In this document: piece by piece, positions 39,953 to 52,919 of the stretch
Position numbering within the stretch: the stretch's first letter is position 1
Layout: every line of letters begins with the position of its first letter
Source: Dicyema japonicum
Taxonomy: Eukaryota > Animalia > Dicyemida
DNA length: 64,000 bases
Direction: 5' to 3'
Assembly: GCA_011109175.1 (NCBI GenBank)
Contig: RDEW01000029.1
Location: 34,158-98,157, forward strand
The notes under the pieces: model-generated
The model's database searches: none
What the model saw: the letters and a program-made list of their open reading frames with translations, nothing else
What the model was told of the DNA's origin: nothing
Position numbers and translations under genes: made by a program

Positions 39953-40330
39953 CACTCTGTTGGCAAATGTGAAGTCCTCTAACGTCAACCGTCTTTCTGC
40001 ATCTGCTTTGGATCACGCAGAAATGGAGTCAGGCACAAACTTTTATTTTCGTTGTGTCGTTGTCCATAACTGTCCTTATGGACGTGCAGAGAGGAGTCTT
40101 GGTTCCTTTCTCATTCATCGGAAAGTCATGCAAGGCGATGTTAGTTTAGTAAAAATTTGATAGCATAATGATTTTGAGCACAGAAATCTGTTCATTCATC
40201 CAATCTCCATCATTGGTGAAATACAGGTCGTTCATCGGTTCTTTGATCTTGAAAACAGTAGAGTCTATTCCCAAAGAGAAGAGTATGGAGCCGAAGTGGT
40301 CATCATGTTATACTCCGGATCTGGTCAATG
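39953..40330 (+). CDS. Candidate spliced gene fragment, unknown product
   Basis: ORF 39960-40160 joins a further open frame (HNDFEHRNLFIHPISII..YSGSGQ*) on removal of the 24-nt GT-AG segment gttagtttagtaaaaatttgatag. No start codon or domain resolved. Confidence 0.3.
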
Positions 40331-41736
40331 AATTTACAAACCGGAATTCCAATCTAAAGTATAGTTGGCTTATAGACCTAATATATTTGCTAAGATAATG
40401 GAAGTAATATCCGAATCCCTGATAAACTGGATCAGTGTATTAAAGATGTTTTGAGGACAAAAAATATTTTCTAACTGGTGTCACTCTTGTAAGAAAAGAT
40501 AAGCCATAAGTAAGCCAAAAGTAACCCTGATTACCTTAGTTAACGCCTTTTTGATCATCATAATCTGAGATTTACGTGCTTTAAGTGAATTGGTGAAATT
40601 CTATAAAAACTCAGTCTGATGAAGAGAATTCAAAGTGTTCCATCAATTTGAGTAAACGGGGATTGACTTGTGAAGGTAATGGAACTTGATGCCTATTTGC
40701 AACCATCACAAAGGTTATCATGATTTATTGGAAACAGAAGATAACAATAAGGTTTGCATTTTTGACATGAGGACTTATTTACTATAAATATTCAGAATTT
40801 TAATTTAATGAAAATATATAATAAATACCCACGTGACACTCTTAGAGAAGGTCTAGTGTAGAGCTATCCTTTCACGTAAACAGTGTGTGGTAGATGTCGT
40901 CACTGGCTGCACATTTAGCTTTGATTCCTACACCTAGTTGGTCTAAGGACCTCTTTTCTGTTCTTTGCATTATTCATTCACATAAAGCCACGATGAATAC
41001 TTATTGCCAGAATTTAAGAAAACTTAATTTAAATTTTTAATCAAAGGTGACTAGAATGGATTCATCAGTTTCCTCGAGTATGCAACAAATAATCATTCAA
41101 TGTAAATAAATTCTACTTTCCTTTCACTACGACAGTATGAATTCATTACTCTTTATATGGGTTAATAAATAAATGGGAAAAAGAATAAGTTTGAGGAAAC
41201 TGGCGGAAAAAAATATTAACTGGAGGTCATTCAATTGAATTTGAAGAGACCAAGTCGAAAGTTGGCTTTTGCAAGAGAGAAGACGGATTGTTTGTGATGA
41301 GAAACCAAAGTAAAGACGTAAGAGCTGCAAAGTGACGAGAAATCAAAGTAAGGTTAATTAATATCGATATTTTTGAATATTAATTTCACAATAATCAATA
41401 ATTGAAAAATTAACATTATGAGTTTTATTCATTTTGTCGGTGATTCTTGGTTTTAAAATAAATTCTTTATATTAACCGATATAACTACGACTTGCAAACA
41501 CTAAATATAGTTTGAGAGTGACACCATATAGTCTCTAAGAACACCTGTTACGGATGAAGAACTCTGTTTTGTCTTCGTAAAAATGAAACCTAAATCAATT
41601 TGACAACAAAATAAAAAAATATTTGAAATTCAAATTTTTATTAATAATTAAAAAATTCATTTATTTTATTAAAATATTCAAATTATTGTGGTTTTCTTAT
41701 GATTAAATAACTCAAATATTGCCTGACTTATACTTA

Positions 41737-42891
41737 ATGGACAATCAAAAGATTCATTGCATCAACTTTGGCCTGTGCTCAAGGTACCAAATTTAATGAT
41801 CCAGAACTCTCACTGTGGGCTTTACCGGCGGGGTTAGGGTCTTTCTGCTGGGCGGAATTGCATCTCTGGACCTGGTCTACGATTCCAGGGATGGTACCCC
41901 TGTCTATTCTGACGTCCGCTTGGCGGAGTCCGTGGACTCTACTTTGGCCCTCATTCAGTCCCATGTACCCAAACATTTGGTTCTGTACGACTTTGTGGCA
42001 AAGAAGGAAATAAACAAAATCAAATTGAACGAAGAAATCGTCTCCTTTAGTATCAATAAAGCCCACATGATAATTCGACTATCTCATTCCGTGGTCATAT
42101 TCGACCAGAAAACCCATTGTGAACTAAATGTTCAAGGAAATGCCGATCCCCACTGCCCGACCCTCTCTGTATCCTCAACTCACTCCCCCACCTTATTCGC
42201 CTACCACTGTCTCCCCCATTTTGGTTCTGTCTCCGTTTGTTCCTTCTCCAATGACCTCAAATTTGTACCTTACAGTTTTCATATCTTTAAGGAGTCTCTC
42301 AGCATCCTCAGTGTTCCTAATGTGACCGTGGATCAGGTCCAGATAGATTCTACGGGTGATCTGGTTGCTCTAACCTCGAGTGATGTATTAACATGCTAAC
42401 TCACGTGTAGGCGACCACAATTTTCGTGTTCAGAGCGTACACGGGACAAATTGTGTACCAGTTTTGCAGAGGACTGTCGAGACACGTGGCCATAACATCT
42501 CTGTTCTTTTCTGAGGACAAGTACCTCATCTGTTCTTCTGACTATGATACAGCCCATGTTTTCGAATTGATACCCCAATCGGGGTAATATTTAGTTGATT
42601 CTTAGGTCCTTAATTGGTGGATACATCTCAAAGGCTTTGTCTTATTTGCCATTCGGGACCTCGTTTATGATGCAGAGGAGTTCCATTAGAGCCAAGATCC
42701 CGACACGTGGGTATGCTACTCGGTCCTATTATTGGGAGCATGGAGGGATTTCCTGGCTAGCTGTGGCGTCCTACTGTGGGAAATTGCACGTGTTTGTGCT
42801 TGATATCCCCAATAAGCAGTGTATTCTCATCTCTGGGGACTGTAGTCTACTTAAAGTGGAAGGACATGTGAAAATATTTACAAAAAAATGA
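41737..42891 (+). CDS. WIPI2: WIPI1/2 (Atg18)-like PROPPIN beta-propeller, 4 exons
   Basis: The spliced model aligns with remembered WIPI2: ALTSSDATTIFVF..QFCRGLSRHVAITSLFFS..DTAHVFEL, ..KALSYLP.., LAVASYCGKLHVFVLD..C. Introns are 21, 26 (42385-42410) and 22 nt. Confidence 0.85.
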
Positions 42892-42959
42892 TATTTGATT
42901 ATCAAATTTTCAATAATTTATTATTTTTTACTGCCAATAGGTCAATTCGTATTCTTACC

Positions 42960-43505
42960 GACTTTTCCGTTCACTCTGTGAACTTTCAATTGCAGAGGAC
43001 TTAAACAACCTCACACGAAACACAAACTGTTATGCGACCTAGCCACAAGAAGAGGATAGAACTAAACACCAGGTTTAGAATATATAAAGCTTTTGTCATC
43101 CCGGTACTAATCTACAACTCTGGGATTTGGGGAATCTTTAAACTGGAAATGGACCGTCTTGACTCTTTCCACAAAGCTCAGTTCAAATCTGTAATCAAGA
43201 TTATGAAAACCTTGATACAAACCTTTATAATAAATACAACTACGGCGTGCTGTCAGATGATATTTCACAATGGTCAACTACTTCGCACACACAGGATCAA
43301 GAACGACACTTCCGACTATCTTGAACAAAGACCTATTGGCGGTTGGTATGAGACTAACTTAGGCGGACGATCTCGACTACCTAAGAGAACTAGCGCGCAA
43401 CAGAGGATCATGGTCGAGGTTGACGGAGAAGATGATTAGGAATATGGTACAGGGGAAACTTAACTAATTTATGTTTTCTCGGGAGTGCTTTTAATAATAA
43501 TAATA
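42960..43505 (+). mobile_element. RTE-like LINE 3' fragment
   Basis: TRFRIYKAFVIPVLIYNSGIWG..LDSFH; (TAA)n tail. Confidence 0.8.
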
Positions 43506-43509
43506 GGTC

Positions 43510-45010
43510 AAGATGATAGTGCTAGGTTGGTGGGTCTTTTAGAGAATATCTAACTCATCCTATGAATGTCCACATAATTTAGTATCTAAAAACCTTGATG
43601 ATAAAATATGATTTTGAATTAGAATTCCTCGATTAAACGATTCCGGTTCCCCCTATCGCCCTCGCCATTATCATTCTGTGTTTATCGAGTGACCCCACCC
43701 TTTCCCGGGAATTTCTGCGCCTGTGTCCACACCAAAAATGTGATCACCAAAAATGAGGATCTGTTCCTAGAAGTGACATCGTCTGGATGGGACAGAAGTA
43801 ATGTGTTCGAATCATCAATATGGTGTCATGAATTAATTAAATACGTCGGGGAAATCGGAGAGTCCTGTAAAACTCCATTTGGTAACAGTTGAGATCTCGA
43901 CCTGTTGTTATCATACTTCCCCTCGTCAGTCCTGTTTTCTGGTCAGAGTTAGAGGTTAGGGTGGATATTGGAATTAAAAAATACTTTAGTTAGGTGAGTT
44001 CTCCAAACAGGGTCCTTTCGAACATATATAAATTATGGATTACAGCCGTTTATAATAAATTGGGATAGAATTGACAAGTCTGTTATGGTAGATATATTTG
44101 GAAGCAAAGAAAGCGCAAAACGAGAATAATCAGCATAATAGCTAACTTCTCCAACACCTTCGAGAGAATTCAGGGGAATCGGACGATATAAAAGTCTTTC
44201 TTAGGTATTCTGGATTTAGAAAAAAATAACACGTGAACTCCGTATGGAGAAATTTGTTATCCAAACTTGATCGGAAGTAAAAAATACTTTATTATTAATT
44301 GATACTGATCTGAATGGCCGAATGTTTATTCAAAAACCCCAAGACTAAACCCACTAATTACTTAATCCACCATTTAGGTCATCCCAGTCTCCAATAGCGT
44401 CCGAACTCGCCTTTAATATTCCGCCAACGAACTGCTCTCCGGAAGTGCTTTCTTTTGTGTCTGCAGAGGAATTATATCGGGGTGGAATTCATTTACGTGA
44501 GTCACCCTTTCTCTGGATTGGTTTCCTATCTGCTTGGAGAAACACAGGAAACGATGGCCATTTCTTAGTGTCACCTCCTCTAAAAGGAGACGTGATGGAT
44601 GAGTTGTGTCGTTATACGTCTGAGAGAGTTTATACGTTAAATCCACGAGCGTAAATCTTAAGAAGAAACAGGCATATTTAATTGTCGACACAATAATTTG
44701 AAGATAGTGAAAGCTGCAGGTGGGAGGAGGCTTTTCTTTATGATAGCATTTAGGAAGTTCAACTTTCGAACTCATTGATTAAACTCCTGTCCGTAGTTAA
44801 CAGGGTGAACTGAGACTTGGATGAAGATACAGACAACATATTTGCAGATAACCAGTCACACACCTGGTTAAATTGTGACTGAACCACAAAGTGGAGATAA
44901 TTAGGTCCTCCGCGTAAGATAAAAACGTAGTGGAGATAAAAGGGAGTCTTGTGGACCCCATTTGGATCCGGACTCTTCCACGTCGGCCAGTTAGGAATTT
45001 TCTGATCCAT
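43510..45010 (-). mobile_element. Highly degraded LINE (APE/RT remnants)
   Basis: The reverse strand has LLPNGVLQDSPISP and PDDVT (RT-like) plus broken endonuclease-like frames. Confidence 0.55.
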
Positions 45011-45084
45011 TTTCGGATGTAAATTCTAATTTTTATTTTTTAAATAACTTTATGGTTTTATTATGAAATGAATATAAATTAAAT

Positions 45085-48024
45085 TAAGGAATCTGAATGG
45101 CCATGCTATTTCCCCTAACAATAGCCAACGAGATACGTTCTCGGAACTAACCAGTATCTCGCGGATCCTTGGTCACAGCTTGAATCATGTAGCCGATCTT
45201 ACGAACCAACTCATCTGCTTGGGGGCCAAGGATTCCTGACGTTTCCACCGCGAATGGAACAAAAAGATACTCCTCCGAAATTCTCTGGTACTTCCTCCTC
45301 TTTCGTTCCTCGGAACGCTTTGAAGCATGTCCTGGGTCTGAAGCAGAAGAAACCAAATTAGACGGGGAATAAGTATCAACACACGTCGTGTCCCAGATCA
45401 GGTTTCGTCCGATGGCGAATGGAAAAGTCGTCATCCCATCAGGGCGTTTTCCATCGTTTCGGGAAAGACCAGCAGGTTCTAACAGGCAATGGTGTCCAGC
45501 AGAGGCAAGGGAATTCTTTAATGTCATGTTAAGACAGGAGTGCCTGGGGAACGACCCGCATTCATCTTGCATGACAAGGGATGATAACCAAAAGGATCGA
45601 TCCAACGTCCACAGCGGCATTTTCTTTCGACACACAATTTAAGACCAAGACGAAGCGAGGTAGCTATTCTCACAGCCTCATCATCCAACAAATTTCCAAT
45701 TTCGGCAGATGGATAAGCGTTCATCCAGGCCCCCGTCGAGTGACAACTGGCTGTTTTGAGGCAGGCAAGCCTTCTTACATCTTCCGTCTTTTCAAGGGAC
45801 TCTTTCTTCTTTTCGAAGACACAAAACAAATAGGACTTTTGCTTATCACAATTGGCCGGAGCATTCAGGTACAAATTCATCCATTCATCCCAGGCTCCCG
45901 ACGGCGTCAGCGGTACGTTTAGTCCGGAAGTAGAGTGAAGGACCGTATCCACTAAACGCCTTGACGAGCCGAACGAAGATAAATAGGCGCCCAAATCAAC
46001 GTCCGAAGGAAGAGAAAGACCCAAACGACCGCAGGCAACAGGGAGTGAAGCCTGTAACCATCCGAAATCATCAAAACGAACATTAAGAATGGACCCCATC
46101 GTTGACCGGATATCCATATCAATTAACGATAGAAGGTCTTTATCGGCGTAGCATGGGGATCCCCGTAGAATAAAAAGGAGTTTTGGGAGAAGGAGACAAT
46201 TTTTCAGCATAAAAAAGGCGACATGACGGTCCAAAAAACTCATCCTGTCGGCATACTGACGTAAATTAGTCCTCTTGCCTTCCAATAAATCCCTCACCCG
46301 GTTTACCAAAATCCCACACCCAAGGAAGTCGAGAGAATCAATATGAGTCTCCCTAACCCCTGGAATGATATCGCAGATTTTTCTATGAAAAAGGTAGAAT
46401 GAATCGGAACTCAAATTCAGATTAATTGCTTCGCACTTTTCATTGTTAAATTCCAGACCGATTTTTCCACACAAACGTCTGATAGATGCAACTTTGGAGA
46501 GAATATCATCGGGACTTTCACCGAGAATACAATCGTCCAGATACCAGACGTTTAGTGGAGTGCAACGGTCCTGGGCAATATGGTCGATAGACAAGGAAAA
46601 TAGAAGAGGACCGAGTGGGTCCCCCTGTTGAACTCCGGATCCGGATGAAATAATTCCACTGCCAAAAACAAGAGGGGATGGATCCGAATACGCGAGATAT
46701 ACAAAAGGATAAATCTGAGGAATCCTCCTCCTACATGTATCAAGGACGGTGTCCTTTCTGACTGAATTGAAGGCATTCCGGAGGTCCAATTTGAATAAAA
46801 CTCTGTCCTCAACATTCAATTCAGCTGATTGTGACGCAAATTCTCTCACTGCGTGGATCCCAGCTTCACAGCCGCCATTGATTCCGACACCAAGCTGCGA
46901 AGGACAAAATTCGGCTGAAATTTGGGAGATAACAAAACGACAATTTGCGGATAAACGTCGAAATACGTTTCCAATTGCAATGGGGCGAATACTACCATCT
47001 TTTTTTCCAAGGCCCGTTAGATTCCCCGAAAAGAGGAGATTCCGACCAAAATCGGAAACGTTTCCGGAAAGCATGCGAGCTACGAGATCCCGGGTTCGCT
47101 CCAAGAGTAGCGATCCAGGCCTGCCGATAGAATGGGACACCAAGTCTGACAGATGGCCAGGTTTGAGACCGTCAACTCCTCCACTGCTACTTTTTCGGAA
47201 AGAACGAAGAGTGTTGTAAATAACTGAAGGGAAATATCATGCATAGATTGTTCTGGACGAACAGGTTTACAAAAGTCTTCTGGTTCTGGAGGATGTTTCT
47301 TACCCAATATAAAGAGTGTCTCCTGAGTGGCTTTCACTGGGTCAGAATCCGTACAAACAGTTCGAACTGCAGCAGTAAGATCGCCCTCCATCAATTTCCT
47401 CCTGACACGAGAGCGAAGCCTCTCAGGAGCCATACTGGATTGTTTGGAATTGGACTTTGGGAAGTAATCAACTGGGGAAACAAATAATTCTTCAGCCAGG
47501 GACTCCCATGAATCCATAAAGGCACTCACGCGCTTCTTCAGGACATGGGATAGAGAGGGTTTCCGAGAAGATGGGGCAGGCTTACGCTCTAACCCCATAG
47601 CCAGGACAGGGAAAGAGAAAAGAACCATCCAATCCTTTTTCGAGCCATTGGACACAGCTTTCTCAATGCAAGAAGAAAGGGCAGAAGCAATTGAGATCCG
47701 GGAAGCCTTGGGGATCCTGACAGGGATAATCTTCCTTTGTCGCGTGTTTGATAATAAAACCAGAAAATCCTCCGGAGACATGGCTTCCAGAAGGTCTGAT
47801 ACAGATGATGATGACACAAAATGATCATGAGGTTCAATTTTAGTGAGTTCCAGACGGCACGACCACGAGGGAAGTGATCGAGCAATTTTCTTGGATAGTT
47901 TTTCACAACCTATGTGGTAGTAACCAACACATACAGAACATCGAATCCCGCACTTGCGAGAATTAGATACTCTGCACCCTTTGCATGAAGTGTCTTCGTG
48001 TAGTACATCATAAAAAACAGACAT
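45085..48024 (-). mobile_element. Near full-length CRE-clade non-LTR retrotransposon (PHD-like finger, RT, CCHC knuckle, restriction-like endonuclease)
   Basis: N-terminal CxxC..CxxC..HxxC..WxC. RT: GVDGLKPGHL, IRPIAIG, LDLRNAFN, GVQQGDPLGPLLF, WYLDD. C-terminal CRCG..HPLSC..RH and KRPDG..WDTT..KRRKY..PFAVET. Two frameshifts (about 47230 and 45565) and one TAG near the end. Confidence 0.92.
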
Positions 48025-48939
48025 GAATAGATAATAGGAGAGAGGACTGTATATATTAACGACGACAACAACGACCCTCTTAACAATTAACTTGTTAAAA
48101 ATATTAGCAATTGACAAGTGATAACTATTACAGTCCCGTGCAAATGTTACCGCCAGGGTCAAGTAATTTATAAGATAAGCAAATTTAAAAAAATTATTAA
48201 CCCGTGCATATGTTACCGCCACTTTACTCAAAATTCAAGATAAACCGAGATTTTGTTAAATTAATTGTAAAATCAATATTTAGAAATTCCTCCTTTATTG
48301 CAAATAACTTCGTCAATTCTTTTAGGCAGCACTTTTGACAAGATGCAAATTATGAATACAAGGTGGTAGAAGGATAAATCTTCCATGGTGTATGGGAATT
48401 GATTGAATAGCTAACCTCGATAACACGATTTGTGCCTGAGGCCACAGATGCTTGAGGTGAATACAGAGACACCTTTAGAGTCATAGGCAATGGTGGACGT
48501 ATCAATTTAATAGACTTGTCAACATTATGGGAGGTGAAGAAGGCATTATGAGGTTCCTGTTGTGAACCCCATTGTTTGATGTACAGATGAGAAAATTCTT
48601 GTGACTAATCGACAATATTTTATAAAATTACTTTCAAGTTTGCGAGCGGGTTCTGAAGACTAGAGGTAGTGACGGTTTCCACTCCGCTATCGTCCACATT
48701 GAAGACTGTTGATACTTTTTAGTGCTTTCAAGAAGGCGGCGCACAAATTTTATGACAAAGTCGTCCAACAAGACGGCTTCAACTGTGCTTGTGGTTAACT
48801 CGAATTAGTTGCGATTTTCTGGAATCTTTTATTAAGGAAAGACAAAAGAGTAAACGGTTGCTTCCCTGACTGCGTGGCTATTCCTTCTCAGAATAGCAAG
48901 ATTCGCTCAAATAACCAGCAACGCTCACGAGGGTTTCCT

Positions 48940-49325
48940 GTTCGTGTTATGTTATGTTGTCCAATTAAGTCGTTCCGACCCTTGGAGATCTCATGAATGA
49001 GTTTCCTCACTCTCCTCGATCCGTTGCAATTTGGAGTAGCCTTGATATAGGCATTCTCGTGACGTCCTCCACCGTGGATAGCCACCGAGTCCTCGGTCGG
49101 TCAGGTCTGTTCTTCCCAGTAATATTGCTCAGCATAATGGTTCTTTCCAGTAAATCAGAGCGGACAACATGCCCAAAGAACGCCAATCTGTGTTTTACGA
49201 TTCTTCCTTCTACCGAAATGTCCTCCTCTACCCGATTGAGTACATTGATGTTTGTTATTTTGGAAGTCCAAGGGATTCTTAGTAACCTCCTCTAGCACCA
49301 CAGCTCAAAAGCATCAATTTTTCAA
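48940..49325 (-). mobile_element. RTE 3' fragment, same family as 30060-30685
   Basis: Near-identical sequence to 30100-30430. Confidence 0.85.
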
Positions 49326-49975
49326 CCTGTTCATGTAGCGATCCGATTCCCTAGACGACTCAAGAATTTCATCGTCGCAGATGCAAGGGAATCAGACGTC
49401 TCAACGGCGAGTGGAACAAACAAAAAATCCTTGGGTAGGACCGCGTACATTTCCCGTTTCATCTTTCGGCCTTCTCAGCGGCAGAACAGGCTCCAGAGGC
49501 ACTCTGGAGTAGGTTGCAAGAGGCAAATGTGTCGGTGCAGGTAACGTCCCAGACAAGAGGTTTCCCGGCTTCAAAAGGGAAGATTGTCATCCCATCTGGT
49601 CGTTTCCCGTCCCGCCTGCAAAGACCGACTGGTTCGAGCATGGAGGAGTGTTCGGCGGCGTCCAAAGCTCGCCTAACGACTTCGTTCAAGGCCATGTGTC
49701 TGGGAAATCTGCCTGCACTCTTCCTGCAGGAGAGAGGGTGTAGGCCAAAACAGTCGATCTGGTCTCCGCATCGGCACGAATGTGGAACACAGACTTTTAA
49801 TCCCAGTCGCAATGAGATCCCAATACGGACGCATTCATCATCCAGGAAGGTACCCAGAACTCCATTGGAAATGGTGTTGAGCCAGACACCGCTCTCAGAA
49901 GACGCCCCCGACAACAAACAGGCACTGGAATTGAGGGAACATAAAAACGATGCAGTCATAAAATTGCATTCTGTT
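49325..49975 (-). mobile_element. CRE-like element, 3' (endonuclease) fragment
   Basis: CRCGDQIDCFGLHPLSCRKSAGRFPRH..KRPDGMTIFPFEAGKPLVWDVTCTDT. Confidence 0.88.
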
Positions 49976-49989
49976 TTTTAAGGTATCCT

Positions 49990-50460
49990 GACAAATTGAG
50001 TACCACGGGGCTCTCCTCTATTAATTATTCTGTTCAACCTTTTCCTAGCAACATACCAGCCAGTACCAGCGATAAAACACTATTTCTCACACATATACGA
50101 ATTTTGGTCACTCTGGAAGTTGCTTCAACTAATCAACAAACTCAGTCTACACTCACCAACATCAGCTATGATGCATGGAGTACAGGCCTATCTAAAACAA
50201 ACCTAAAGAAGATCGCTGACTTCCAAGCAACAGTTACAAAACCCTCCAACGTTTCTCAACTATCCTGTTACGTCCGACACAATTCAAGATCCTTTTGAAG
50301 AGAATGGGCGCTCAAATGATATCCCAAATCACCGGTGTGTTCACTCAGTTTATAGGAGAGACATCAAGAAAAGCTGAGAAAGATACTAAGGGAAGCTGGA
50401 ATCACCTAGTGGGCATGTTTTCTCCAAAACTTAGTGGTTATTTTAATTTTTAAATAAAAA
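49990..50460 (+). mobile_element. LINE 3' fragment
   Basis: SYDAWSTGLSKTNLKKIADFQ is a post-RT motif; A-rich tail. Confidence 0.55.
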
Positions 50461-50888
50461 TAAATCCCAATATAAAATGAACAAGTGGTTCGATTCACAA
50501 AAAACTGACAATGTTGGATATTTGACGTGGTACTCGGAAAGGATTCGTCTCACTCTTAATGTGAGAACAGAATATAGGACGTTAATTAACTAAAGATTAT
50601 ATTTCCGTGACTCCCCCAGTTCATTCATTCTAGTAAACTATATTTAGTGATTAGGGACAAAAGTGGATTCTTCAATCATTCCTTAACTGAATTCTTTACT
50701 TATAGAATCTCCCTAATGAATTTTTAACTCCTAGGCATAAGTTAATTCTCTTTCATTCGAATAATCCCTATAAGAAATGAATTCCCTTTATTAGTGGATT
50801 CTATTAATCATCATATTACACTATGAATTAGGATTATGTTCAATGACGCAGAAATAAGATATAATAATCAAAATTTACCGATAGCATA

Positions 50889-52894
50889 ATGGATAAGGGA
50901 ATCACCAGTCTTGATGCTATTTTTCATAATACCCTTTCATCTATGAAGGTTACTATAGTAACCATGTTAGGATTCTTCTCATTTGTGGGAAGACTTTATA
51001 TCCAACTCGAACAAACTCAGTACTTTTCGTTATTGATTTAGGTGCCGCCCTTATTTCCATCCGTCCGACGATTATGTCCTACAATTTATCCTTGCAGACG
51101 ATTGGGAATTACTTCTACTCATTCCAAGGTCATTGATTGAATTATTCAAGGATCCAAGGACATTGGGTGTATAACTCTTCAGATTACGTCTGAGATTGAG
51201 AACATTTGTGACGAGATCGACACTCTCGCAACGTTAGAATTACTTTAATGCAGATCCCTGTCCCTGGATTCCTCCAAGATGCTCCAGGGGATCATCACCC
51301 TATGGAAGGAGAATTTTCAGCTTACCGAAAAGGATTACGCAAGTCAAATGAAAATCAAAATTCAAGAATACAAAAACATCAATTACACAGCAAATAAGCT
51401 CAGAAAAATGGCTAATAAAGGTCATCCACGTGTTCTATAAGTTAAAGGGAATAATATCTCAGACTACAACAGAGTGATAGAAGAGAGGAATTCGTGTCTG
51501 GAGAACATTCTGGAGGTACAAGAGATCTTCATATACGATTTATTCAAAAAATTTCGCTACATTGCCTGCGTCTTCACAAAATTCACAAAACCTACAATGG
51601 TAGAGACTTTACTTACCCAGAATGCCTTCACCAATATTTTGGAAATCTACGATCGCTTCGTCGATTACAAGGAGGAGATTTTAAAAAATAGCAACAATAT
51701 GTCCTTCATCCCCAAAGAACTCATAGACTACGTAAGCACTTCAAGGGAAGATTCCGAATGGGGAGAACCACTTAGTGTTTGTATTATAATAAATATTAGT
51801 CTCCCGTATCAAGTCTCAGCAAGATCTCGGTTAGTGTACTTTTATAACCCATAGACTTGTTCACAATCCAAACCAAGATCCAAAATGTAATTTATTGTAA
51901 TATGTTAGTGGTGATTGTAGTAGCAGACACAGTATTATTTCTTTGAGAGACTCCATGTAATTTACTGATATATTTAGGAACCGTCAGAGTGAACCTAAAG
52001 AAGAACAAAAGGGAGAGAACTCAAAAACCAAAGAAATGAGGAAATCTAATGATAAGGGGAAAATGAAAGACAGAGTGAAAAAGCATGGGAATGAGGAGAA
52101 TAAAACAGAAAAGTCTAAAGCGATTGACTGCGGGGTAGAAAATAGCAAAGAGAAGGTCAAAGAGTCAAAGCAGAGAATAAACAACTGCATAAAGACCCAG
52201 GAGATAGCCGCCTATGAGAATTCGATTGACATTGAACAAATGAACATCCTTGAAAGACCCCCTGGCATGATTATAAGTTATTCCGTAGAATTACCACCAC
52301 GGGAGAATGTCAAAAGGACCCTAAATAAGATAAACTCTGAGCCATCTTCTAATTTCAATCAAACTAGAAGTTCTATTGCAAGTTCTATCTTTATGGAAAA
52401 TATGCAATCTCAGACAAGTACCCACATGGCTAGTCCCAAGACTAACCCCCTGTCCTCGCAAAGGACATTCCAAGAGTGACCCACGCTGTTTAATTCCTAG
52501 TACACTCAAAAGGGAAAGCAAAATCCCTCAAAACTCATGGTCAGGTAGTTCCAACAAGACAGCCGAGTTCCCCCTCAAACAGACTGAAAGTGAAAGAAAG
52601 AACATCAATTTCCTTCAAAACTCACCAATATTTGAGAATAAAAGATCTAATCGTGAACAGACTTCTAACATTAACTCTCCAAAGAATAAATCTAACTTTC
52701 TCCAGGAAAGCCCATTCGAAGACCAGAAGAGTACCTCCAGAATCAATTTAAGACAACAAAATGAAATTCCACAAAGGAAGAATAATATTGAAAGCAGAGT
52801 CATTGACCCGGAATTAGCAAAGGCTTTTAAAAAATTAAAATTTTGTAAATTTAAAAATAATTTTTTAGAATTATTTCATAAATATTTGATATAA
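50889..52894 (+). CDS. MTSS1: I-BAR (IMD) domain protein, MTSS1/MIM-like, about 11 exons
   Basis: The spliced N-terminus SLDAIFHNTLSSMKDSSHLWEDFISNSNKLSAAL..GSKDIG matches the MIM IMD helix 1-2 pattern. A Ser-rich linker and low-complexity tail follow. Ten introns of 21-25 nt; the exact C-terminus is uncertain. Confidence 0.82.
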
Positions 52895-52919
52895 CTTTAA
52901 CACATTTATTTTAAATAAA

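Noticed and set aside
47121-47140. GAATGGGAC resembling the HDV ribozyme 3' end
   Set aside because: It lies antisense within the CRE RT coding region, and no P1-P4 partners were found.
46749-47219. Plus-strand 156-aa ORF and similar antisense ORFs over LINEs and genes (e.g. 30186-30725, 38596-39072)
   Set aside because: They are antisense to clearly identified RT or host coding frames and have no domain signal.
50948-50963. Perfect 16-nt palindrome GGTTACTATAGTAACC across the first MTSS1-like 5' splice site
   Set aside because: By a rough estimate, one or two palindromes of this length are expected by chance in 64 kb of AT-rich DNA, and no other intron shows one.
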